Positions 1 through 10,448 of a stretch of DNA of 64,000 bases are shown here, piece by piece (the stretch's first letter is position 1; each line of letters starts with the position of its first letter). A program made the translations under genes and the position numbers. This DNA is from Meyerozyma guilliermondii. Lineage: Eukaryota. Location of the stretch: the NCBI GenBank assembly GCA_051546255.1, contig CP128815.1:434001-498000 (forward strand), given 5' to 3'. The notes under the pieces are model-generated. The model did not search any database. It saw nothing but the letters and a program-made list of their open reading frames with translations, and was not told where the DNA came from.

Positions 1-8
1 GATTCGAG

Positions 9-34
9 TTAAAATTGAGGATGGGACGACCTTT
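9..34. repeat. Dispersed 26-bp repeat TTAAAATTGAGGATGGGACGACCTTT
   Basis: Identical at 43482-43507; a 21-bp core recurs at 43644-43664; downstream flanks are weakly similar. Confidence 0.85.
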
Positions 35-894
35 GTGGAATGGCTGCAAATTATTTCATCTATGTAGACTCGTTAGAGTTTTAGTGGGCATGTATATTGC
101 AGCTATAGGTAATTTCCTTGAAAATGACTTTTAATCTATCTCACCTTGACTCTTTGGTTACATCATCAATTCCAGTTCGAAACAGAGAGCCCGATTTTTA
201 ATAATAAACCAATCAAGTCACTAAGAGTTGGTTTAAGGGTACAGTACTGCCGCAAGTAATGCGAACCAAAAATAGCATCAGAGGCAGCAGAATTAGGAGG
301 GTTCATAAGTTTAGGAAAAAATAAATGGGAGTATAACTATGTGCGAAGTATTATTTAAGTACGAATAAAGCACTATTACAGTACTAAGTACTAATGAAGT
401 ACTATCCTCGTGTATCTCAAATGCTAGTGAAAACAGTGCAAGTGAACAATAGAACGATTTCACGAGGTTCTCGGAGCTACAATGCGACTGAGAGTATCAG
501 TTGACTTAATAAAAACATCCAAACTCACCGCATGTTATCTTATAAGACCTGTCTGGAGACCACTTCCCTTTACCTTTATTGAAGTCGCTCGAAGTATAAA
601 CAATGCTTCAAAATCATCATGCTGACTTGAAGCACCTCTTCATGGCAGACTTCATACAGGACAGCTGTCATTATATACAAGATCCAATCCTGTGATGGCT
701 TCAGATGTACGAGACTTTTTCACCAAACATGTGAATGATTTCACAAGGAACAGAACTAAGGTCGTAAGTTCATAATGGTCGGGTTAAAAGTAATCTCCCT
801 CAGATTTCTCATGTGATGGGCTCGATTGAAATTTCCTGCACACAACCGTGAGAAATCGTAACCAGATCCTGTCGTACGACAAACTAACAACTGT

Positions 895-2019
895 ATGCTT
901 CGACTACGCATTCTGACCGGTGTGTGCCAATACAGTACTGCAGCCCAGACACTGTACCACCCCGAAATATACAAGGATATCATCACATCGGGATATCTGG
1001 CGGTGAAAAATCTTTTACCTGAACAATGTTCTAACCAGCAATTTGTCACTGATAACGACGACGATTTGGAGGCGCTCGCACGGCGTTTTGACGGTCCGGT
1101 GGAGTTTACGTTTGGCTACGGGTCCGGGGTGTTTGACCAGGCGGGGTACACGAAGCGAGCAAAGCCGCAAATAGACATGATCCATGTAGTAGATGATGCT
1201 TGCAATTTCCACACCACCAATTTGCGACAGTTCGGCAACCATTATTCCGGTCTCAAGTATTTGGGCGGAGCCCCCACCATCCTGGCAGTCCAGCAGTGGG
1301 GTGGCGGAGTTTATTTTAATCCATTTGTGGCCATGGCTAGTGGCGGCAAAACCCATCTTCTCAAGTATGGTGTCACCACATTAGAGCTGTGTCTTCGAGA
1401 TTTGTGTGAGTGGAACTCGCTTTATGTTGCTGGCAGATTACAGAAACCGGTCAAATTTTTGCGGCAAGAAAACAAGTATATTGAACTTGTTAATCAGTAC
1501 AACTTGAAGAGTGCACTCACATTAGCATTATTATTGGCACCAGCCAAATTTGATGAAGTCAAGCTATACGAAACCATAACCCTGGTATCGTATATGGGAG
1601 ATCCCAGAATGGCAATTGGGGGCGAGAATCCCAAAAAAATACAAAATATTGTGAACAAACAATTTACAAAATTCCGCCATTTATATGCTCCGATCATGGA
1701 GCACATGGTGGATGGTCACACATTGGTGAGAACCGGGGGTGAGGTTGGTCGGTTTGAGAAAAAGGAGTTCACGCCGGAATACGTTAGCAGCCTTGTGCAG
1801 CAATTGCCAATTGGGTTCAGACGCACCCTCGGCGTCACTTCACCTTCTGGTGCGATGGAATTTGCATTGGATAAGAAACGCCGCAGCCGACTAATTTTGG
1901 CAGTGCGCCAAACAGTTAGGATACCTGCAGCCATTCAAACTCTCAAAGGTGTACTTACTGCGGGCATTACCAAGTCGGTCAAATATGCATGGGAGAAAAA
2001 TTCAAAATGGCGAGGCTAA
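895..2019 (+). CDS. TAM41: Mitochondrial phosphatidate cytidylyltransferase (Tam41/Mmp37)
   Basis: FGYGSGVFDQ, GGGVYFNPFV, KYGV, LYVAGRLQKPV and SYMGDPRM..GGENP motifs. Confidence 0.95.
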   Translation: MLRLRILTGVCQYSTAAQTLYHPEIYKDIITSGYLAVKNLLPEQCSNQQFVTDNDDDLEALARRFDGPVEFTFGYGSGVFDQAGYTKRAKPQIDMIHVVDDACNFHTTNLRQFGNHYSGLKYLGGAPTILAVQQWGGGVYFNPFVAMASGGKTHLLKYGVTTLELCLRDLCEWNSLYVAGRLQKPVKFLRQENKYIELVNQYNLKSALTLALLLAPAKFDEVKLYETITLVSYMGDPRMAIGGENPKKIQNIVNKQFTKFRHLYAPIMEHMVDGHTLVRTGGEVGRFEKKEFTPEYVSSLVQQLPIGFRRTLGVTSPSGAMEFALDKKRRSRLILAVRQTVRIPAAIQTLKGVLTAGITKSVKYAWEKNSKWRG

Positions 2020-2410
2020 ATGTTGAAAGAGCAAAATAGAAGAATACGATTATTTCGCGTCGCAAACGAAACACTATTTTTTAGTCACCTATGCAACAAC
2101 AATAGCCTACTTTAGCTATCATGCTGCAGATCTTTTATTGATCTTGTATTTTTTTTTTGTCACCGCCGCAGTGCATGAAAGATATGCATGATCAAATTAC
2201 AGTAAAAAAACGCTGCAGAAAAAGGGCTGCATGAAGAATACTTGCAGCAAGAATGGCCGCATTTGCATTATGTATGCAGTAGAATGATACACTAATATTT
2301 TTTTTAATACTACTAAACTCCGGAATAGTGGAACCTCCTATATGAAAATTTGCACCATCACATTTATGCTATGTTCGAATTCCATTTTATCAAGTAAATG
2401 CTCCTTTTGA

Positions 2411-3478
2411 TCAAGTGTTAGTGAAAGATTTATCCAAAGCTTTCAACGCATTTTCGTCATGGTCGGGTCTATTAAGATTGGACATTGGACGTCCGGGACC
2501 ATATTGTAGAAGTCCATGTATGTTACTCAATTGGGACTGCGGCGTAGTTGAAGGCACAGATGTAGATGTAGATGTAGATGTAGATGAAGAATGCGGCGGT
2601 GCTGCTGCTGGCGGCGGAGGAGGAGGCGGAGGGGGAGGAGGTGGTGGAGGAGGAGGCGTTGAAGGCGCTGAAGGATGCATAGGATGATGCGGAGCCATTG
2701 GCAGTTGCACATATGCTTGTGAGGTTGCTGGTCGTAATCCGGTCGGATTTGGTGACAGCAGTTGCAGGTCAATGGGGGCTTCTACCTGATAGTGCATTGG
2801 CATCCACCGCATAGGTGGCGGCTGATATATTATGGGAGGTTGTTGGGGAAGATGGTATGCATAAGGAGGGTGTTGGAATTGCATGTTTACCGGAGTCATC
2901 GTACCCGATCCGGACAGTTGAAGTACGGTTTCAGGATAAATGTCGGGTCCTGGGGTTAATCCGGCAAACATAGGGTCACGCGAAGGCACCTTGACGTACG
3001 GAGGCACTGCAATGCCGCAAGGATTGGACGACAGCAGCGGTGGCAGTGGCAGCTGCGGTGCATTGGGGAGGCTTTTATTAGATGAATGAGGCTCTGCCAT
3101 TGGGAGAGCATATGCAATGACATGTAGGCGATGATTTTGCTTTGTAGTAACGGAAAAACTTTGTTTGATTAATCCCATTGGTTTTGTATTTCTTTCACTG
3201 TCAAGTTCTCGGTAGGTAAGAAAAGGACCCTGAACCCTCGAAGCCAGCCAATTTTTGCCATCTGTCCATCGTTTCATACCGCAAGCAGTTTCATCCCATG
3301 CATAAACCATGTATGGAACAATATTATCACGCTGATGAGATGTAAGACGACGTTTAATTTCCGGGATGATGCCACGACGGCAGCCTTCGAGAATCAAGAG
3401 TGCATCGAACGCAGTGACCAAAGCCCCCAGGTAGCTTATTTCATCCGATGTAGTATTATATTCGGGGATGATGTGCAT
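2411..3478 (-). CDS. Gti1/Pac2 (WOPR) family transcription factor, Pac2/Pth2-like
   Basis: DALLILEGCRRGII..IKRRL and MKRWTDGKNWSASRVQGPFLTYREL (CUG=Ser); Pro/Gln-rich C-terminus. Confidence 0.9.
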   Translation of the reverse strand: MHIIPEYNTTSDEISYLGALVTAFDALLILEGCRRGIIPEIKRRLTSHQRDNIVPYMVYAWDETACGMKRWTDGKNWLASRVQGPFLTYRELDSERNTKPMGLIKQSFSVTTKQNHRLHVIAYALPMAEPHSSNKSLPNAPQLPLPPLLSSNPCGIAVPPYVKVPSRDPMFAGLTPGPDIYPETVLQLSGSGTMTPVNMQFQHPPYAYHLPQQPPIIYQPPPMRWMPMHYQVEAPIDLQLLSPNPTGLRPATSQAYVQLPMAPHHPMHPSAPSTPPPPPPPPPPPPPPPPAAAPPHSSSTSTSTSTSVPSTTPQSQLSNIHGLLQYGPGRPMSNLNRPDHDENALKALDKSFTNT

Positions 3479-4399
3479 GCCATGGGGATTGAACGCATGT
3501 ATGATCTAGAAATACTGGTTGATCCGTTTTAATGAAGGGGATCGAGGATATTTTATATAGTTTTCATGCAGCGCAAGTCATGCATGTACCGTACGATGAC
3601 AATTTTCTATTGGAGTCAATGGCTTCGATGCAATTATGTGAGGTTGCTGCAATTTCATGCGCCTTACGTGCCTGATCTGTACGATGTCAGCATGTTTGCA
3701 TGAAACAATAACAGTCTCCGAGTAGCAATATACCTGAGACGTGCATGGTGCGTCGCATCTTTCACCCGAGTCCCAAATTCTTATTGGTCAAAAGTGGTCC
3801 CTACCCGGATGATTTGCGTGGTAAAAAATACGAGTCGGGCAAAGCGCAGTTAAGATGGATTATCGCCGCACAACCACAATCGTGCATGAGGATATTTCAT
3901 ATCCAATTTAGGAAAGGCCTACAAGTTGTAAAACGCCGTGAATAAAAATTTTTTTAGACTTTTGATTCCACGACCGATAAATTCAACATGGGATTTCATT
4001 TTTTATCAACTTTAAAAATTCGGTTTTATCATTTAACGGCATTCGGCGGGTGGCTCCGAAAACGAAAAAAAAAAACTTTCCGTATGGGGTAAGTAGATAC
4101 ATGCTGTCGTTGGCGTGTTGCGTCTTGCATTCTCCAAAAGTTGCTATGTGAAACGTGCGGCTGCGTCCTAATCGGATTATGCCGCTGCTCGACAATCTGT
4201 CGTTAGGCTTCCTTGCGGCGTTCGGAAGACGCCGAGCGTGCCCGGACCGGCTTCCGAAAGGGAACTTGGTGCGCCGACACAACAGCACCCCAAAAAATTG
4301 TGTACACACCAGTACACCGCTACAGTACAGAGACCCCACTGCAAATACACCCGTGCACCACACACCACACTAATCTTTCTCACTGCATTACTTTCCATC

Positions 4400-4846
4400 A
4401 TGCCTCGCGGTAGAGAACCCACTTCAGAAACAGAAACGAAACAGCCGGTTTCGCGGTCTGCGAACAAAGCCAGATCTCAGGCAGCCCAATCTGCTCAGCA
4501 GGAGTTTTTGGCTCGTCATATAAATAGCAATGGACCTCAAGATAAACCAAAAGTTCATCCGCTCGATTTTTCCAGTCTTCCAGATAAGGCAATTCGATCG
4601 TATATGACCAAGCATTCGTTGCAGTATCCGGAACCTTCGTCGCTCAATGCAGATATCCTCAATCTGCACATCGGGAAGAAGACGCATTCGTATAAAAAGT
4701 CGCTGCAAACATTGATGCCAAAACGAGAGTTGGCGGAAAAAATGAGAGATCACTTTTTGGCGCTTCCATTTCGAGAAAACGAGATCATCACCAACTTCTT
4801 GTACAAGGTGAAGAACCAGGACCGGGACTTTAAGTTGACTTTTTGA
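4400..4846 (+). CDS. SAP30: Sin3/Rpd3L subunit Sap30
   Basis: C-terminal Sin3-binding motif ELA...RDHF....RENEIITNFLYKVK.Q...FKLTF; first in-frame ATG is at 4400. Confidence 0.85.
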   Translation: MPRGREPTSETETKQPVSRSANKARSQAAQSAQQEFLARHINSNGPQDKPKVHPLDFSSLPDKAIRSYMTKHSLQYPEPSSLNADILNLHIGKKTHSYKKSLQTLMPKRELAEKMRDHFLALPFRENEIITNFLYKVKNQDRDFKLTF

Positions 4847-5089
4847 TGTATGAGAGAAAGAAAGATTGAAATATCAAACACAAAAACAATCAAAAACCAA
4901 AAAACTAATAAACCAAATCATTGCAAACAACACAAATCATTACATCGAAACAAACCATCACAAGAAAATGAAGAAATGACCCTCAACTGACCTAAAGAAA
5001 GCAAACTACTACCAGCATCAGCACAGGTTCAGTTGGCACCCAGACACCCGCTACCCCCAAATAATTGATCGCATTTTTCATTCCACATT

Positions 5090-5701
5090 ATGGAGACTTC
5101 CACCGTGGTTTTTTTTGCCACCATTGTGGCCGGCTTTCTCATTTTGCGATGGCTCATCTCGCCCATTCCCGATCCGCTCGAGGAAGCAGCAGCTGCTCAT
5201 GCAACTCAACGCGATGGACGCAGACCAACGCCTTCCACTCGGTCTAGACGTCCGGTCACCGACAGCATGATAGACGTGGTTCAGGCAATTGCGCCGCAGC
5301 TCACGCGGGGCCAGATCCGCATGGACTTGGAGCGGTCGGGACTGGTGGAGGTGACGATTGACCGGTTTATGGAGGAGGGTACATTGCCAATGCCAGAAAA
5401 TCAAAACGATGAAGAAACTGAAGGAAATGGACAAGGTAACCAAGGTAACCAAGCCCAAAGCAACCAAGCCCAAAGCAATCAAAGCGAAGGAGGAAGCGGT
5501 ATCAAACCAGCAAACTTGATTGAGCGGTACGGATTGGAGTCGAAAATCGACCAGGATGTGTCGAATGCTGCGATCAACTCGGCCACTAATCAGGACAAAA
5601 TCGACTTGCTTAGTAGCAGACGCGAAGAAATGATCTTGAATGCACGGAAACGGTTGGCGGCGCAATTGAGCAACGAGATTGATGCCAATCCATTGATGTA
5701 A
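5090..5701 (+). CDS. ER membrane CUE-domain protein (Cue1/Cue4-like)
   Basis: N-terminal TM segment; CUE domain VTDSMIDVVQAIAPQL...QIRMDLERSG; NLIERYGL; C-terminal RREEMILNARKRL. Confidence 0.85.
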   Translation: METSTVVFFATIVAGFLILRWLISPIPDPLEEAAAAHATQRDGRRPTPSTRSRRPVTDSMIDVVQAIAPQLTRGQIRMDLERSGLVEVTIDRFMEEGTLPMPENQNDEETEGNGQGNQGNQAQSNQAQSNQSEGGSGIKPANLIERYGLESKIDQDVSNAAINSATNQDKIDLLSSRREEMILNARKRLAAQLSNEIDANPLM

Positions 5702-6002
5702 AATAGTGAATGAAGAGTAAAGGAGACTACAATTCAGAAGAGATCGATTTCTTAAAATTTTACTGGAGTCTGAACTTTTCGAACCGTCGTAAATTTGACT
5801 TTACCTCTATTAGTATGAAATGTTATTCCAGTCTTTAAAGTCTTTCTCAAACTCTTTTCTTAAGTCTATTTTAAACTTTGAAGTATTACCAAACTTTTTT
5901 GAGCCTATCGTATATCTGCGTCTGTTTAGTCTTGAAACTATAATCTTTTTCAGTTTTTCTTTCTCAATTTTCTTTCTCAGTTTTCATTCTCTGTTTTCTT
6001 TC

Positions 6003-7514
6003 TCAGTTTTCTTTCTCAGTTTTCTCGTAAACCTCTCCCAAATCCTCAAACGTCACAAGAGAACAAAACCCGTCGGCAGAGCTAACCACCAAGCTTTTTC
6101 CGTCTCCACTCCAACACAAATCTGTGATAGTCAGATAATGCAAATTCGAAACCAACCCCAACGGCTCAATTTGTTCGGTATCATACAACACTATCGAGTC
6201 TTGAGTAGCCACTGCAAATACCATTCGATAAGGAAGGGAAAATACTGCATTGTTGGTTCTGCGTCGGTAGAAAATTGGACTAAATTGCACGGCTATGGCA
6301 GGTTTTTTGAGTCCTGGAAGATGACATACTGGAGGTCGATGGAGTCCTGCTCGTGTATAAATGTAAGCTGTATTCGTTTCCGTGGAGTCTGATTCGGCAA
6401 CTTCCGATTCTGACGCTTTAGTGGCTTCGGTGAAACCGGCGTTTTCCGGGGTTTCGGCTGCACTTGCTTTGGCTGTGCTCTGTTCACATGCTTTCGTTTC
6501 CATGGCTGTGGGTGAAATTTTGCCTGTTTGTGCATTATCTTTGCCTGCTAGTGCATATTCTTTGGTTGTTTGTGCATTTTTTGTTGTTTGTGCATATTCT
6601 TCGGCTGCATTAGCCTCGTTATTCGAGTATGCAGCTGGATCTGGAAAAGCCGCAATTTTATCTGTTTCAGCCTTATTTTTGTTATTGGACGAATTTGAGC
6701 TTATCGCATTTGCTTCATTGGTTACTTCTTCTCTGTAGATTCCCAGCGGTGTTACAAGCAAACTGCCATCGGGAGAAAATGCTAATCGCCGAAAAAACGA
6801 CTGCAAAGTTTCCGAGTAGTATAGTTGAGCCAGCCGGAACGAGGCCAGCACCGATCTCAGTGTGGGCACATCGGCACGGCCGATTTTTTGAACCACCTTC
6901 AGGGTAAATGGTTGCAAATGTGTCAATGCATGTATATGCACCGTCCTGTCCGCCAGCTGCGTCGCCAAATAATCTCCGCATGGATCCCACGCAACACCTT
7001 GAACATAATGCCCATGTTCTGCAATTGCACCCACCTGACTACCATCTGCCGCCTTATAGATACGTGTGACATTGTCCATGGATCCCGCAGCAACATATTG
7101 CAGATCTGGACTCCATGCTATATCGTAGATCTCAGATGTGGACGTCCTGCAGACATGCCGCACCGTCCACGATTCCTGTATATCGTCGTCTTCATTGCCG
7201 TATTCCTTGACTATGGTATCAGATTTGGTCCAAAAAATTAAGGTTCCGTCGTCTCCGGCGGTAGCCAAGACCGTACCTTGAGGATCGAACCGCGCAACAT
7301 TTACTGCTTGAGTATGCTTTGAAAGTGTGCTCAAATACTCCACCGTTGGCGCGACCGGATCTTGGTTGCCCTCGGTATGCAAACGCCAGATGCGGACATT
7401 GTTATCGCCGCCTGCAGTCACTAATCGCCCATTGGCTTCGTTCTTTTGGAAATCCACCGAATAAATTGGCTGGTTTTCGTCGTGCCAATGCACGGTGAGG
7501 GTGGTGGAGTTCAT
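6003..7514 (-). CDS. CAC2: Chromatin assembly factor 1 subunit B (WD40)
   Basis: LTVHWHDENQPIYSVDF, TAGGDNNVRIW, LSKHTQAVNVARF, SFFRRLAFSPDG, FSLPYRMVFAVAT; start placed at MNSTT. Confidence 0.93.
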   Translation of the reverse strand: MNSTTLTVHWHDENQPIYSVDFQKNEANGRLVTAGGDNNVRIWRLHTEGNQDPVAPTVEYLSTLSKHTQAVNVARFDPQGTVLATAGDDGTLIFWTKSDTIVKEYGNEDDDIQESWTVRHVCRTSTSEIYDIAWSPDLQYVAAGSMDNVTRIYKAADGSQVGAIAEHGHYVQGVAWDPCGDYLATQLADRTVHIHALTHLQPFTLKVVQKIGRADVPTLRSVLASFRLAQLYYSETLQSFFRRLAFSPDGSLLVTPLGIYREEVTNEANAISSNSSNNKNKAETDKIAAFPDPAAYSNNEANAAEEYAQTTKNAQTTKEYALAGKDNAQTGKISPTAMETKACEQSTAKASAAETPENAGFTEATKASESEVAESDSTETNTAYIYTRAGLHRPPVCHLPGLKKPAIAVQFSPIFYRRRTNNAVFSLPYRMVFAVATQDSIVLYDTEQIEPLGLVSNLHYLTITDLCWSGDGKSLVVSSADGFCSLVTFEDLGEVYEKTEKEN

Positions 7515-7638
7515 CGAGCGCGTCTCAACTTGGCGATGCCCAAAAGCAGTGGGTGTTTGGATGTGGATAAGAAGTGCAACGCATGCAGGTGTCAAAAGAC
7601 GTACGGCTCCAGATAACCAGCACAAATATATCTCCAAA

Positions 7639-9177
7639 ATGGTGACTCTCCAAGACAGATGGGAACGAGTAGACAGCTGGATAGGGTCAGCAGAGTGCAG
7701 TATACAAGATATGGACGACTTTGATACGGAAACTCAAGATAGTTCAGAAGCTGTTTTTCCTCTAGATGAAGACGACTACTATGACGCTTTCTGTTCTGAG
7801 TACATGTCGTTCACCAACAACAACCCTACAACTTGCCATGCTGTTCAGTATATGAGCGAGATGCTTGAGGCCCGAGGATTTGTTTATATTCCAGAAACTC
7901 GACCCATTGATGAAAAAACTGCCCGGGCGATTATCAAGGGCGGCTGTTTCTACACAAGTAGAGGAGGGTTATCGCTTGTTGCTTTCATTATTGGGGGCCA
8001 ATGGCAACCAGAGAACGGTATTGGAGCCATAGGAAGCCATGTTGATGCTTTGACAGCAAAATTGAAACCATGTTCCATCAAGCCAAATGTGGATGGATAT
8101 CAAATGCTTGGTGTCGCCAACTATAGTGGAAGCCTTCAAAAAAACTGGCTAGATCGTGATTTAGGAATCGGAGGCGGGGTGATAATCAAGAAAAACGACA
8201 AAGTTTCTCGAAAAATCGTGAGTTCGGGTTCGTTTCCTATTGCGAGAATACCCTCATTAGCGGAACATTTTGGTGCTGTAGCCGATGGTCCTTATAACAA
8301 AGAGACACAGATGGTTCCTATTATAGGGTACGGCGAAGCCAAAGAAGCGTCAGAAACCGAAAAAAGTGCTCCTTTGTACGGAAAACATCCACTACCACTT
8401 TTGAGGTATGTTGCAACTCGAGCTGGCTGCAAATTGGAAGAAATTGTTGGTGTGGATTTGGAGCTCTATGATATCCAGAGTGCGTGCAGAGGAGGTCTAG
8501 ACAACGAGTTCATGTTTGCACCCCGGATAGACGACCGGTTGTGTTCTTTTGCTGCGATAAATGCCCTTCTTCTGTCGGCATCAGAGATCAAAAATTCCAC
8601 AACTTTAAAGCAATGGAATGGACTAAACATGGTTTTATTGGCTGATAACGAAGAGATAGGCTCAGGAAGCCGCACGGGTGCAAAGGGGAAGTTTCTTTCC
8701 ACAACTTTAAAAAGAATTTTATCGGCTCGCAATTTGCAACTTCAACACCTCAGTGTCACTTTTGCCAATTCCTTGATACTCAGTGCCGATGTTACCCATG
8801 CTTTGAACCCCAATTTCAAACTGGCGTACCTCGACAACCACTATCCTGTCCCCAACAAGGGACTAACTATCAAAATGGATGCAAATGGCCGGGTTATGAC
8901 CGACTCCATCGGTACGGCCATGATGCAAAAAATCGCCGAAAAAAACAATTTGCAATTCCAAACCTTCCATGTTCGAAACGACATGCCCAGCGGCAGCACA
9001 ATTGGCCCTATCTTGGCGGTGGAGACCGGAGCTCGTGTTGTGGACGTGGGATTACCCCAGCTTTCCATGCACAGTATTCGAGCCATGTGTGGCTACAAAG
9101 AAGCGGGTTTAGGAATCAAAGCGTTTGAAGCTTTCTTCCGTGATCGGACTACAGTAGCTAGAGCAGTATGTATTTGA
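7639..9177 (+). CDS. APE1: Vacuolar aminopeptidase I (peptidase M18)
   Basis: GSHVDAL, WLDRDLGIGG, RIDDRLC, DNEEIGS, SADVTHA.NPN, SGSTIGP, QLSMHSIR. Confidence 0.9.
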   Translation: MVTLQDRWERVDSWIGSAECSIQDMDDFDTETQDSSEAVFPLDEDDYYDAFCSEYMSFTNNNPTTCHAVQYMSEMLEARGFVYIPETRPIDEKTARAIIKGGCFYTSRGGLSLVAFIIGGQWQPENGIGAIGSHVDALTAKLKPCSIKPNVDGYQMLGVANYSGSLQKNWLDRDLGIGGGVIIKKNDKVSRKIVSSGSFPIARIPSLAEHFGAVADGPYNKETQMVPIIGYGEAKEASETEKSAPLYGKHPLPLLRYVATRAGCKLEEIVGVDLELYDIQSACRGGLDNEFMFAPRIDDRLCSFAAINALLLSASEIKNSTTLKQWNGLNMVLLADNEEIGSGSRTGAKGKFLSTTLKRILSARNLQLQHLSVTFANSLILSADVTHALNPNFKLAYLDNHYPVPNKGLTIKMDANGRVMTDSIGTAMMQKIAEKNNLQFQTFHVRNDMPSGSTIGPILAVETGARVVDVGLPQLSMHSIRAMCGYKEAGLGIKAFEAFFRDRTTVARAVCI

Positions 9178-9319
9178 GAATGGAGACAAAATCGACAAAA
9201 ATTGAGAACACAAAAAATGCGAGACTTAATTTTCGACAAAACTTCAAACTTTTCAATTTTTCTCAACTTAGTTTACTTTATCTTCACCCTCGGTCATTAA
9301 TCATCAATCCGGAACCCGG

Positions 9320-9676
9320 TCACAACATCCCCACGAGGCACGTAGCCATAAAAAATGCAGCCATCATCACCGACGACGGCGACAGACGAAATGAGTCGTT
9401 TTGCGAAGACGACGTTTCCAAACTGGAAACCGATGCCGACGACAATGTGACGTGATGTACCACCGAGGACTCGCTGAACGTACCCTTGGCGCTGGTTTCG
9501 GACGCAGAAGCAACCAATAACTCGTCCATAGACGGGTCAGAATCCGAATTGGTGATGGCGGCCTGCGCTTTAAAATTGCCGACGTTGGAAACCGATGTTA
9601 CCATTTGAAGATTTCCTAACGCCAGAGTGGTGGGCGTCTGTAATGATGTTGTGGAAGAGTCGATTAGCAAGGACAT
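9320..9676 (-). CDS. Small Ser/Thr-rich protein with a GPI-signal-like hydrophobic C-terminus
   Basis: ATG start; Ser-rich body; C-terminal ...SPSSVMMAAFFMATCLVGML; no clear signal peptide. Confidence 0.55.
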   Translation of the reverse strand: MSLLIDSSTTSLQTPTTLALGNLQMVTSVSNVGNFKAQAAITNSDSDPSMDELLVASASETSAKGTFSESSVVHHVTLSSASVSSLETSSSQNDSFRLSPSSVMMAAFFMATCLVGML

Positions 9677-10448
9677 GGAAAAAAGGAGCGTAAGGGTCTG
9701 TTTTTTTTGTGAGGAAACAAACTGTCCTTTTAAAGGAAAATCGTCGTTAAAACACCCATTGTCTTTTCAGGCACATACTGACGCAAAATCTTGCAGGCAG
9801 GGGTATGCATACGTGACGTCATGTGCGACAACGGCTCAATCAATAACCTACAAAAAACTGCAAATATATATCAATTCCACTCCAGGGTTTTGGAAACGCA
9901 CCAAGACAACACCCCAAACCACAACCTTCTTTCCACAAGCTCTACCAACTTTTAGCGCTGTACAAGAATCTTAGTCCGCGTCGCGCAACGACATTGTTTC
10001 ATAATACATATTGTGTCAACAACGTATGAGCCGCATGCGGCGCGGCGGCGCTCCCCGATCCGGCAACACTTTGGCGTAGCCGGCGCAACATAAAGCAGGT
10101 ACATGTTTGATGGCAGGAACAACTGCGACATTCCGCGAATAGCGGTCTGACTAGTGCCCTCAGTGCGTGCTCAGTGCGGGCTCAAGTCCTACATTCAATG
10201 AGTACCGTGTACACACCGGGTAGACGGGTATATTTCTATGGATATTAGAGCCTTTGTTACTGGAATTGCTTGTTTTGACTGAAATTCTGAAGACCGAGTC
10301 AGCCTGTGGTCCGATATATCTCCACGAGTCGATTCAATTGCACCTCTAGCTTCTCTCTACAACTCTCTAACCTTCTTTGCAACTCTTGCCCCAGAACTGA
10401 ATACTTCTTTTTCTTGACTTTTTCTTCATTTGATTGACTTTTTTTCTT

